DNA from: Elusimicrobiota bacterium
GTDB lineage: Bacteria > RUG730 > JBDRED01
DNA: 64,000 nucleotides
Assembly: GCA_043820025.1 (NCBI GenBank)
Contig: JBDRED010000028.1
Location: 12,274 to 76,273 of the forward strand
Reading direction: 5' to 3'
The position numbers were made by a program, and so were the translations under genes. The notes below the pieces were generated by a model. The model had not been told where the DNA came from. It searched no databases and saw only the letters and a program-made list of their open reading frames with translations. Below are positions 56,053 through 64,000 of this stretch, piece by piece (position 1 is the stretch's first letter; each line of letters starts with the position of its first letter).

Positions 56053-57084
56053 TCACTCCTTAATTTTCTTAATATTCTTATTAAGCGCCTGCGCAATATA
56101 GTCAACTAATGCGATCATCCTCGAGTATTCCATGCGTTTAGGCCCGATAATTCCTAAAACCCCGATAGTATTATCATCAGTTTTATAAGCAGACGTCACA
56201 AAACTGCAATTTTTCATTTCCTCACACGAACTTTCTTTGCCTATACACACCTTAATGCCTTCGTTTGATACCTGTTTTGATAGAATATGCGAAAGCATTT
56301 CTTTCTGTTCAATAACTTTATACACAGCCTTTAGACTATTCATATCCTCATGTTCCTGCTCAATTATATTCGCCGCGCCATCTAGAAAAATGATATCCTC
56401 GTTTGATATTTCAAATATTTGATCCGATATTATCTTTGCGATTTTTACAAATGACTCCTGCCTTATTTTTTCATTTTTAAGCTCCTGATGCAGTATATTT
56501 ATTGCTTCAGAAAATGTCTTTCCTCTTGTGGCGTTTGCAAGCATCTGCGATAAATTTCTTATCTGCGCGTCTGTAAGCGAAACATCCGGCTGAACAACCT
56601 TATGTTTCACAAGGCCGTCCTTAGTCACAATAACCATCAAAACACTGCGCTGATCAAGTCTGATAAGCTCTAAATGAGATACAATCGTTTTGTTTATATG
56701 CGAGCTTACAACAAACCCGGCATAATTACTTACCATTGCCAAAAGCTTTGATGTCTGCATCATAACATCCTGCAGTTCGCCTATCCTAATAGAAAATTCA
56801 TCCTCTATTCTTCTCTGCTCTTTTGAAGTAAGCCTCTGTATTTCAAGAAGCATATCCACATAATATCTGTATCCTATATCTGTAGGGACCCTGCCGGCTG
56901 ATGTATGAGGATGCGTCAAATATCCATCGTCTTCCAGCTCCGCAAGTTTATTCCTCACAGTAGCCGGACTGCACCCAAGTTCAAAACTGTCGCTTATATG
57001 CCTGGATCCTACGGGCTTTCCGGTGCGAATATACTGCTGTACCACTATCTGTAATATTTTTTGTTTACGGTCCAATAATTCCAT
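56053..57084 (-). CDS. hrcA: heat-inducible transcription repressor HrcA
   Basis: 343 aa. Contains GKPVGSRHIS..SPATVRNKLAELEDDGYLTHPHTSAGRVPT. Confidence 0.95.
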   Translation of the reverse strand: MELLDRKQKILQIVVQQYIRTGKPVGSRHISDSFELGCSPATVRNKLAELEDDGYLTHPHTSAGRVPTDIGYRYYVDMLLEIQRLTSKEQRRIEDEFSIRIGELQDVMMQTSKLLAMVSNYAGFVVSSHINKTIVSHLELIRLDQRSVLMVIVTKDGLVKHKVVQPDVSLTDAQIRNLSQMLANATRGKTFSEAINILHQELKNEKIRQESFVKIAKIISDQIFEISNEDIIFLDGAANIIEQEHEDMNSLKAVYKVIEQKEMLSHILSKQVSNEGIKVCIGKESSCEEMKNCSFVTSAYKTDDNTIGVLGIIGPKRMEYSRMIALVDYIAQALNKNIKKIKE

Positions 57085-57099
57085 TTCGTCATTCCTATA

Positions 57100-57126
57100 T
57101 TAGCACTCTTATCTATTGAGTGCTAA
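57100..57126. promoter_or_regulatory. CIRCE operator (HrcA binding site)
   Basis: TTAGCACTC-ttatctatt-GAGTGCTAA. The inverted repeat matches the consensus perfectly with a 9-nt spacer. Confidence 0.95.
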
Positions 57127-57154
57127 TTATATCCTGAGTACTTATTTTTGTCAA
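57126..57154 (-). promoter_or_regulatory. hrcA operon promoter (TTGACA-17 nt-TATAAT) abutting CIRCE
   Basis: The reverse strand reads cTTGACAaaaataagtactcaggaTATAATTAGCACTC. Confidence 0.8.
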
Positions 57155-57888
57155 GAAGTAATACTTCTTGCAGCAGAAAAGACAAACGCGTCAACACAGC
57201 CGGCGCCTGCTTTTCTTTTTAAAAGTTTCGCGCATGCGTGCAAAGTCGCGCCTGTGGTTGCTATATCATCCACCAAAAGAATTCTTTTATTTTTTAATAA
57301 TATTGGATTATTTATGCTAAACGCGTCCTTAAGTTCATTTTTTCTCTCCTCTTCGGACAATCCGAAAAGCGGTTTTGTATTCTTACTTCTGATTAAAACG
57401 CTATTATTAATCGGCGTAGATATTTTTTCATGCAGCAGATGAGCAATAAGCTCAGCCTGATTAAACCCGCGTTTTCTAAGCCTCTTTTTATGCAGAGGCA
57501 CAGGGATAATATAGTCCCATGATCCGTGAATAATTCTTTTAATATTAATCTCCGGCCTAAACAAAAGCGTTCTATACTCGCTTATCAAATATTTTTTGTT
57601 TGAATATTTTAGACGATGAATAAGTTTGCGCAATGCGGCATTATAATAAAATACAACGCATAATGAATCGTAGCTTCTCTTTCTGCCTTTGCACACAGCG
57701 CACGAATTCCTCGCAGCAGTAACAGGCATGCCGCAGTTAAGGCATCTATTTGTCGCATAGTTTATTGTTTTAAAACATGTCAGGCATATACGCGAATTTT
57801 GATCATCAATTATTTTCCTGCAAACCGCGCATCTGTGCGGAAGTATTAAATTCCAAAATATTTTTATAATTTTCCCGGCTAAGCTCAT
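57151..57888 (-). CDS. comF: ComF-family phosphoribosyltransferase-fold protein
   Basis: Start corrected to MSLAGK (an ATGA overlap with the upstream stop). Contains N-terminal Cys pairs CAVC..CLTC..CLNCG..CAVC and LLVDDIATTGATL. Confidence 0.85.
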   Translation of the reverse strand: MSLAGKIIKIFWNLILPHRCAVCRKIIDDQNSRICLTCFKTINYATNRCLNCGMPVTAARNSCAVCKGRKRSYDSLCVVFYYNAALRKLIHRLKYSNKKYLISEYRTLLFRPEINIKRIIHGSWDYIIPVPLHKKRLRKRGFNQAELIAHLLHEKISTPINNSVLIRSKNTKPLFGLSEEERKNELKDAFSINNPILLKNKRILLVDDIATTGATLHACAKLLKRKAGAGCVDAFVFSAARSITS

Positions 57889-58436
57889 AACCTTTCGCTC
57901 ACCCCTGACACAACGCCCCATCCATCAATTGTGCGTTTCATGATATTTTCCGCAAGAATCTTTGCCGCAGCATCCTGAGCTTCTAATTCGCTTGTGAGCC
58001 CGCCTGCGCTTATGTCATTAATTGAGTAATTAAGCTTTACCTCTAACCGTTTCTCGACCCAGACAACATCTTTTGTTTTTAGATCAACAAACGCTATATC
58101 CACCCATATCCATAATTGGTAAACCTTTGGAGCGTAAAATTCATCAAACTCAACCGGTTCAACTATATACCTGGTTATAGCTCCCTGCAAAAGCGCGTCC
58201 GCATCCTGAACTGCGCCAATACCTACGCGGCTGTCTCTGACAAACGCGTTTTTTACCTCATACACAAGTTTCTGTGTCATTGTGGTATGGCCTGTCGGAT
58301 CAACAAAATCAGCAATAGCGATCTTTCTTATATTCTCAGGAATATTTATCGGCACTCGGTGATACCCATTATCAGCGCAGCCGCTCATTAATCCCATTAA
58401 TAAAAACCCGCTCAACGCGCAAAATCTTTTTTTCAT
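57885..58436 (-). CDS. LptE-like lipoprotein (second paralog) downstream of the giant barrel
   Basis: Start corrected to MKKRFCALSGFLLMGLMSGC (lipobox; GGAGGT SD). The body KIAIADFVDPTGH..KLVYEVKNAF..ALLQGAITRY mirrors the LptE pattern at 26783-27307. Confidence 0.5.
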   Translation of the reverse strand: MKKRFCALSGFLLMGLMSGCADNGYHRVPINIPENIRKIAIADFVDPTGHTTMTQKLVYEVKNAFVRDSRVGIGAVQDADALLQGAITRYIVEPVEFDEFYAPKVYQLWIWVDIAFVDLKTKDVVWVEKRLEVKLNYSINDISAGGLTSELEAQDAAAKILAENIMKRTIDGWGVVSGVSERL

Positions 58437-58456
58437 TTTACCTCCAAAAATAAGTG

Positions 58457-61400
58457 TTAAAATATTATAGAAACATTTACGCTTAACGCAAATGCCCAAA
58501 AATCTCCTTTGTCAAATTCCGGATAATGCGCATAAGTAAAGGTTGCGCCAATCTTTGTCTTAACATTCTTACTTGCTTCATAATCAACATCTGTTGACCA
58601 TGAATACCTGTTTTCATTATCCGTTTCAACATTAAGCGAGCTCCTCTTAAAATCCGCTTTTATTGTGCTGTCAATTATAAGCCTGTTGTCGAACTTAAGG
58701 TAAATACGCGTAAGCGGCAGTTTTACGGCTGTAGGCAGAGCAAAATCAGCCCTTGTCTGAATACTCGCCGAACGCGTTGTTATATCTTGAGTAAGCTCCT
58801 GATTTATATTTCTTTCTTCTGAAAAACTCTCGCCATATTTCGGCGTTATACGCCAAGGGCCATACTGCATTCCCACCTGCATTGACCTTGACATTGCGTT
58901 GCCGTTTCTCGTTATCTTTTGCTGTATAATATCAAAGTCCTTGTCCCAGCTCTTATTATAGTCTAGAGAAATTTCAAATCTGCTGAATAAATTAAATCTG
59001 TATGACCCGCCTGTATTATATTGATCCTTCATTGATATTCTAAATGTCTCGATTGTCTTAAATAAATATTTGCCGGACACCTTGCCATTTGTTATATATT
59101 TTGATAAAAATAACATTTTTTCAATTTCATCCATACTTGCCAAGACATCCGGGTATACTATTGTCTGCGTTTCTTCAACTGTGCCTGTCACCTCTTTCAT
59201 ATCGTCTATCTTGCTATAGTTAACCGTTGTGTCTAATGTGGATATGGGGCTTAGCTTATTTTGTAAATTTAAAAACGCTAATGGCTGCCATTTCCCCGTA
59301 AGCCTTACTGTATCGCGCAATGATTTTGAAACCCTATTGTATTTATTATTAAACTCATCAACGCCATGAACATTACGAATAAAGAATTTATCCCAAACAA
59401 TGTAATCCTTATCAACATTATCCCACCTGTCGCTGTCGTCTAAATTATAACTGCCGGAAAAATTAAGCGAGGAAACAGGAGAACACCATCTCCACGGCAA
59501 AAACTTTTTTACAGACAAGGACGCGTTAACAGCTCCTCTTGATTCGCGGCTGATGTTTTTTGTTGTAAGTTCTACGCGGCCTGTTTCCGTGCTCATATCC
59601 TGGGTATAATTATAATCCTCGCCCACACTCATTTGATAAGAAACCGACGGATTAAACCATCTCTCTAAAAGAAGAATCCTGGACGTCACGCTCGCGCTAT
59701 AATCAGCGGATTTATCATAATAATTCATATCGCCCGACATAAGAGACTTTCTTTCCTTTGTCTTAGTATATCCGGCAGACGGGTTAAGAGTAAGGAGCCA
59801 TGGAACATTAAACTGCGTCTCAGCATTATAATTATCTGTTGTCTCAAGCAGAGCCTCATAACCTCTGGTTGGAGTCGTAGCCCTAAAGACACCGTATTCC
59901 GTCCATTTATTTGAGTGGCCATAACTACCGCTGACATTCTGAGGCAAAAAGCTTCTTATAAAACCCGGCAAAAGCAGAAATCTTCGAGGCACACTATAAG
60001 AAAACCCTGAAGTATAGCTCTCTGTTTCATCCTTACGGTTTAAACGTTCCGTCTCATCAATACTTCTTAGCGCTGTTCCGGTAAATACCGGCAGATATTT
60101 TAGTTTTAGGCTTCCGCCGACTTTCCCGCTCTCGCTTCGAACCAAACCCTCTTCTTCAATACTCGCGTTTGTTTTTTGAGCGTCCGGTATATTACTCTCT
60201 GACTTAATATACTCCGCGTTAAGAGGCATAAAACTTATTCTATTAAACAGCATATTTGCTCCATAAGCATCCTCTTCCCTGCCTGAAGTAATACTGCTTG
60301 TGCCTACCAATTCCCCTTCGCTCGTGCCTGTTGTGATTTTTTCAAAATCAGCGTCAATGTGTTTGTAATGCCCGCTCACATCCATCCATCCGGGCAGAGA
60401 AATATCGGCCGCAGTTTTATACGCGATTCCTTCCTTGCGTTTAACGTCTTCTAAATATATATCATTAATCATTAGTTCGCCTTTTGTTATGGTAAAGTTT
60501 GTATAGTTGCCCACGCCTATTCTCACATCAGTGATGTTAGTCAGCCTAGGCGCGCCTTTATAACCGGTAAATCCGTCGGGAAACCCGTCTAAATCCTTAT
60601 CTTCCAGTTCAATCTCTATGGTTTTCCATCCTGTCCATGTAACCGTTGTGTCCCATATAAAATAATTACTTTCCCCTGCTCCTACTTTCATATACATGTT
60701 TTCCCCGCTGTTATCTCCATATACAAAAAACACGAGACGCCTATACGCCGAGAAATCCTGCGCGCGCCCAAATTGATAGAGAGTATAACCATTATCTCCG
60801 GGCGCTAAATTTTCATATTCCAAAAGCAAAGCCTGCTCATCTTCATCCTCATACAACTTGCCTTTATACAGCTTTTCTGCGAGCGTTTTTTTAATGTCTT
60901 CGAGCTTATCCGTATAATTTGAATTAATCTTTTCATTTACAGCCTGCACGCGCATTGTGCCGGCAGATGTTGCAGGCGTTATGATTGGTTTTTCCCAGTT
61001 AGTATTAACGCTTCGCAGTCCGGCAAGTTTTATCTCGCCATTAATCGCGAAACCTGTCGTGTTTTTTATCGTTAGCCTGACATGTTTTATTGCCACCCAA
61101 TTATTGGAATTCGCTGCCGTAATATTCATCGGAGTAATAAACTGCTTCCAGCCTGACCAGCTGACACCGTCAAATGTCTGTCCGTTTTCTGCGACAATAG
61201 TATTTAAGCCGCTGCCATTCGTTCCATACGAAGAACCCATCAATGGGTCGCCGTTGGATAAAATACTGTCTCCATCCAGGTCTTCTGTGTCTATCTCTCC
61301 GTTATCCGGACGTATTCTTGCATACGGTTCATTTAACGGATTATATTCCCATCCTATATCCTCTCCTCTATTTAAAGTTCCATCATGGTTTACATCTTCA

Positions 61401-63631
61401 GTATCCAGCACATTATCCTGGTCCACGTCCTCGGGAATAACTCCGTAATCAATAAACACATCCTCTCCTTTATTGTCTCCGTAAATGGCAAGCTCCATAA
61501 ATTCCTTTTGCGAATAATCTGATCCGATATTTGATATAGGATACATGATCGCGGCCTCTTCGCCCGCTTCGAGGCTGTAACCAACTTTAAGAACCTGTTC
61601 CTTTTTCTCATTATCATCAAGATTAGGATTAATATCACTAGCCGGGATTTCTTCATCATCCCAGGTAATATGCGTAGTATTAGGAGAGACCCCTGAAAGA
61701 GTTCTCGCTATCCTCCATGAATCCCCATTCATTGGCACATTGTCCTCAAACTTTATGCCCTCCATATTATCAATAAGCGCCTTGCCTTCAATATTCGGAT
61801 CCTGCCAGCTCTTAGCGATTTCTCCTCTTAACGTAGTCTTTATCGGCATCCATCTTGGCTCTAAATTAATCATTGTGTCAGCGTCAATTATTGTTACGCT
61901 CTTTGGAGTTGACCGTATTTGCGGAATAGCCGCGCTTTTTGACGACCTGTTATCAATAACTGTCGCGCCGATAAACCCGTCATGCGGCAGGTCGTATGTT
62001 GTGCGCAAACCAACAAGCGTCTGCTGGTATTGCCCGCCAAAAGGCATGTATTCGTATGTTACCGTAATCTTGCTATCCTTGCCTATACTGCCCTCATTCA
62101 TAAATGTAATAAATCCGATATCATAGTCTATAATATAATCAACATCCCTAGCCAAAACATTTCCGTCTATCTCAATACGCTCCGACCCGATTACAAGATT
62201 AGGCCTTACGTTAAATGTTTTTATTCTATGATAATACTCTGTATAGATTATGTAATGATGCTTCGCGCTGTTTACGTCATAAATGTCAGGGTAATCAGTT
62301 GAGAAAGGCTTATCTGAAACAAAATCCATAATACCTGTGTCAAAATCAATATTAACTTTATCGTATATATTTTCCCAGCCGGGGACAGCGTCTCTATTCT
62401 GGTCAATTATTTTAACTATAAAATCGCGGCCAAGCGTTCCTTTAATAATTTTTCTATTGCCTAAGTAATAGTAATTTTTTTGTTCCTGCGCGCCGGCAAC
62501 CTGAGCAGTCTCAGGCGCATCCTTTAAAAGCACACAATCATTTTCTGAACCGTTTGCGAACCACGCGCTGTCACCCTTTTTCTTATAATTTATTGCAATA
62601 ATATACCCCGGGTCGATCGTTGTCTTAAAGCTAATTATATTTTTGGCAAAATCGATTGTGTAATCCCGGCCCGGATATTGCAGATCAAAGTAATAAGTCG
62701 CATCGCTCGCAAGCGATCCGTTTATATATTTTAATGCCGCCCTCTCTGCGCCGCTGTAATTATTATTGCCGTTTCTATCGTCAATATAAACCTTAATATT
62801 TTCTATATTGCCGTCAGGCTCTATATTGCCAAATCTCAATGAGTAATGTTTTCTGCGCATGTAAGAGGTATCGAACATGTCCTTTTTTTCAAAGGTTGTG
62901 TTTCCGGAAAACCGTTTTGTTTCTGTAATACCCTTTGTGCGCGACGCAATACCCATCATACCAAGCTTATTGTATTTCGCCTTAAATCTTAATCCGAACA
63001 AGTTTTTATTATATCCGACAAATTCCGTAGAAGGCAGGCTTAGATTAATATCTCCAAAAGCTATTTCCTCTATAACCTCGTCATTTTCAGCCACTGCTCC
63101 ATAATCATCGATTATATCGCCTTTCTTATCCCCCCTATAAACCACTGATATATCGCGTTTATTAGTTGTCTGGTCGTTATAATCAACATCAACCGATATC
63201 TTTCTCCCAACCTTGCCTTTGATCTTTACCTGTAATTCCTGCGTCATATCAAAACCTTTTGTTACGCCTGCGGGAGTGCCGCGCTTCTCGCCTTCATCTT
63301 TGTCATTATAATTAACAAACCCATATTTAATCCCTATAGATTTTTGTCCCGAAATACTGAGCTTTGACTGATATGGCAGGTCAAATGTAAAGCCTTCTTC
63401 CTGTAAGGCTTCATGAAGCGTGCATGTAGAAAATGCTGTCTCTATTTGCATCTCCGGAATTTTTTTGGGCGAATAAGCGCTTTTTTCTTTTTCTTTACGC
63501 ATGCGTTTCCAGTAAGTTCTATTTAGTTTTATATTTGAATCTGAAACCACGCCTGTGCCATATACCGGGAATATTGCGCTTACCCAGAAAACATAAAGCA
63601 GGATTATTGTGATGAGTTTATTTTTCAGCAT
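58457..63631 (-). CDS. giant (1724 aa) outer-membrane beta-barrel protein, possibly SprA/Sov-like
   Basis: Signal peptide MLKNKLITIILLYVFWVSAIFPVYG. Composition is beta-rich. Acidic DxDxDG-like clusters occur mid-protein. The C-terminus reads FWAFALSVNVSIIF. The N-terminal block ..VKIKGKVGRKISVDVDYNDQ..EEIAFGDINLSLPSTEFVGYNKNLFGLRFKAKYNKLGMMGIASRTKG recalls SprA N-terminal repeats, but this is from memory and unverified. Confidence 0.55.
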   Translation of the reverse strand: MLKNKLITIILLYVFWVSAIFPVYGTGVVSDSNIKLNRTYWKRMRKEKEKSAYSPKKIPEMQIETAFSTCTLHEALQEEGFTFDLPYQSKLSISGQKSIGIKYGFVNYNDKDEGEKRGTPAGVTKGFDMTQELQVKIKGKVGRKISVDVDYNDQTTNKRDISVVYRGDKKGDIIDDYGAVAENDEVIEEIAFGDINLSLPSTEFVGYNKNLFGLRFKAKYNKLGMMGIASRTKGITETKRFSGNTTFEKKDMFDTSYMRRKHYSLRFGNIEPDGNIENIKVYIDDRNGNNNYSGAERAALKYINGSLASDATYYFDLQYPGRDYTIDFAKNIISFKTTIDPGYIIAINYKKKGDSAWFANGSENDCVLLKDAPETAQVAGAQEQKNYYYLGNRKIIKGTLGRDFIVKIIDQNRDAVPGWENIYDKVNIDFDTGIMDFVSDKPFSTDYPDIYDVNSAKHHYIIYTEYYHRIKTFNVRPNLVIGSERIEIDGNVLARDVDYIIDYDIGFITFMNEGSIGKDSKITVTYEYMPFGGQYQQTLVGLRTTYDLPHDGFIGATVIDNRSSKSAAIPQIRSTPKSVTIIDADTMINLEPRWMPIKTTLRGEIAKSWQDPNIEGKALIDNMEGIKFEDNVPMNGDSWRIARTLSGVSPNTTHITWDDEEIPASDINPNLDDNEKKEQVLKVGYSLEAGEEAAIMYPISNIGSDYSQKEFMELAIYGDNKGEDVFIDYGVIPEDVDQDNVLDTEDVNHDGTLNRGEDIGWEYNPLNEPYARIRPDNGEIDTEDLDGDSILSNGDPLMGSSYGTNGSGLNTIVAENGQTFDGVSWSGWKQFITPMNITAANSNNWVAIKHVRLTIKNTTGFAINGEIKLAGLRSVNTNWEKPIITPATSAGTMRVQAVNEKINSNYTDKLEDIKKTLAEKLYKGKLYEDEDEQALLLEYENLAPGDNGYTLYQFGRAQDFSAYRRLVFFVYGDNSGENMYMKVGAGESNYFIWDTTVTWTGWKTIEIELEDKDLDGFPDGFTGYKGAPRLTNITDVRIGVGNYTNFTITKGELMINDIYLEDVKRKEGIAYKTAADISLPGWMDVSGHYKHIDADFEKITTGTSEGELVGTSSITSGREEDAYGANMLFNRISFMPLNAEYIKSESNIPDAQKTNASIEEEGLVRSESGKVGGSLKLKYLPVFTGTALRSIDETERLNRKDETESYTSGFSYSVPRRFLLLPGFIRSFLPQNVSGSYGHSNKWTEYGVFRATTPTRGYEALLETTDNYNAETQFNVPWLLTLNPSAGYTKTKERKSLMSGDMNYYDKSADYSASVTSRILLLERWFNPSVSYQMSVGEDYNYTQDMSTETGRVELTTKNISRESRGAVNASLSVKKFLPWRWCSPVSSLNFSGSYNLDDSDRWDNVDKDYIVWDKFFIRNVHGVDEFNNKYNRVSKSLRDTVRLTGKWQPLAFLNLQNKLSPISTLDTTVNYSKIDDMKEVTGTVEETQTIVYPDVLASMDEIEKMLFLSKYITNGKVSGKYLFKTIETFRISMKDQYNTGGSYRFNLFSRFEISLDYNKSWDKDFDIIQQKITRNGNAMSRSMQVGMQYGPWRITPKYGESFSEERNINQELTQDITTRSASIQTRADFALPTAVKLPLTRIYLKFDNRLIIDSTIKADFKRSSLNVETDNENRYSWSTDVDYEASKNVKTKIGATFTYAHYPEFDKGDFWAFALSVNVSIIF

Positions 63632-63740
63632 AATGTATATAATATCCTACAAATAGCCTATTTGCAAGATATAAGGCAATATAAAAATGTATGATCTTAT
63701 TTATTATAAGCAGTGTTTCTATAGAAATTTTCTATTATGT

Positions 63741-64000
63741 TTATTTCTTTCCCATTCCTACTCTCTGGACCTTTTGAAGGAGTTTGCCTTCTGTCTTTAT
63801 TGCAGGAGCAACAACCATGTCAACAAGCTGCATATCGCGTATGCTTTTTGCGCCAAGCGTACCCATGCTTGTTTTTAACGCGCCCAATAAATTTTGCGAG
63901 CCGTCGTCTAATCTTGCAGGGCCGAGAAGTATCTGTTCGAGCGATGCGGAAACTCCGACATTAATTCTTGTTCCTCGAGGAAGATTACTATCCGGCGTTG
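63741..64000 (-). CDS. IMP dehydrogenase-related (GuaB3-like) protein, C-terminal 86 aa; N-terminus beyond the window
   Basis: My reverse translation reads ..PRGTRINVGVSASLEQILLGPARLDDGSQNLLGALKTSMGTLGAKSIRDMQLVDMVVAPAIKTEGKLLQKVQRVGMGKK*. It is not in the ORF track because it has no start in the window. Confidence 0.55.
   Translation of the reverse strand, partial: TPDSNLPRGTRINVGVSASLEQILLGPARLDDGSQNLLGALKTSMGTLGAKSIRDMQLVDMVVAPAIKTEGKLLQKVQRVGMGKK

Noticed and set aside
63687-63964. Two plus-strand ORFs (63 and 75 aa) at the window end
   Set aside because: Both overlap the minus-strand GuaB3-like C-terminal coding region. The 63-aa ORF also extends into the promoter region of the giant OMP gene. 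Neither has an SD or recognisable motifs.

Overview
AT-rich bacterial chromosome segment. About 60 of roughly 65 genes are on the minus strand and tightly packed. The organism looks diderm (lptE, waaA, hldC, murJ, many beta-barrel proteins, type IV pilin with prepilin peptidase), probably from an uncultured lineage. Most of the window is conserved housekeeping. The main blocks are: glnN (partial); a GT4/GH65/beta-PGM sugar operon; ribF-truB-nrnA-rbfA-infB-nusA; pilA/pilD; uvrC; murJ; rpsT; leuS-lptE-holA; dxs-tlyA; tRNA-Arg and tRNA-Lys; a split metH; tgt-yajC-secD-secF; aroQ-pepP-efp-accB-accC; and hrcA-grpE-dnaK-dnaJ-rsmE-mtaB with a textbook CIRCE operator. I found no rRNA, CRISPR array, transposase, integrase or recognisable defence genes. 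The non-routine content falls into three groups. (1) A 1724-aa giant outer-membrane barrel, possibly SprA/Sov-like, is followed 20 nt later by a second LptE-like lipoprotein. A separate operon encodes a lamin-tail-domain protein with a FlgD-Ig-like C-terminal domain plus two beta-barrels. Together these hint at a reduced T9SS-like or otherwise undescribed surface export system. (2) There is a signal-peptide-bearing tandem SpoVG-like protein. (3) The intergenic repeat repertoire is unusually rich. It includes a MITE-like family with about 27-nt terminal inverted repeats (167 bp and 516 bp copies, the larger one nested and beside the tRNAs). It also includes a 37-nt double-hairpin element, an intercistronic hairpin module, GGGGACAGTCCCC palindromes, a GC-rich inverted REP pair, and heptamer-periodic TTCTGNN tracts abutting a conserved ATTATAATAAC promoter-like box. 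All family names rest on motif recognition by eye, with no searches run. Coordinates of corrected starts come from reading the sequence.
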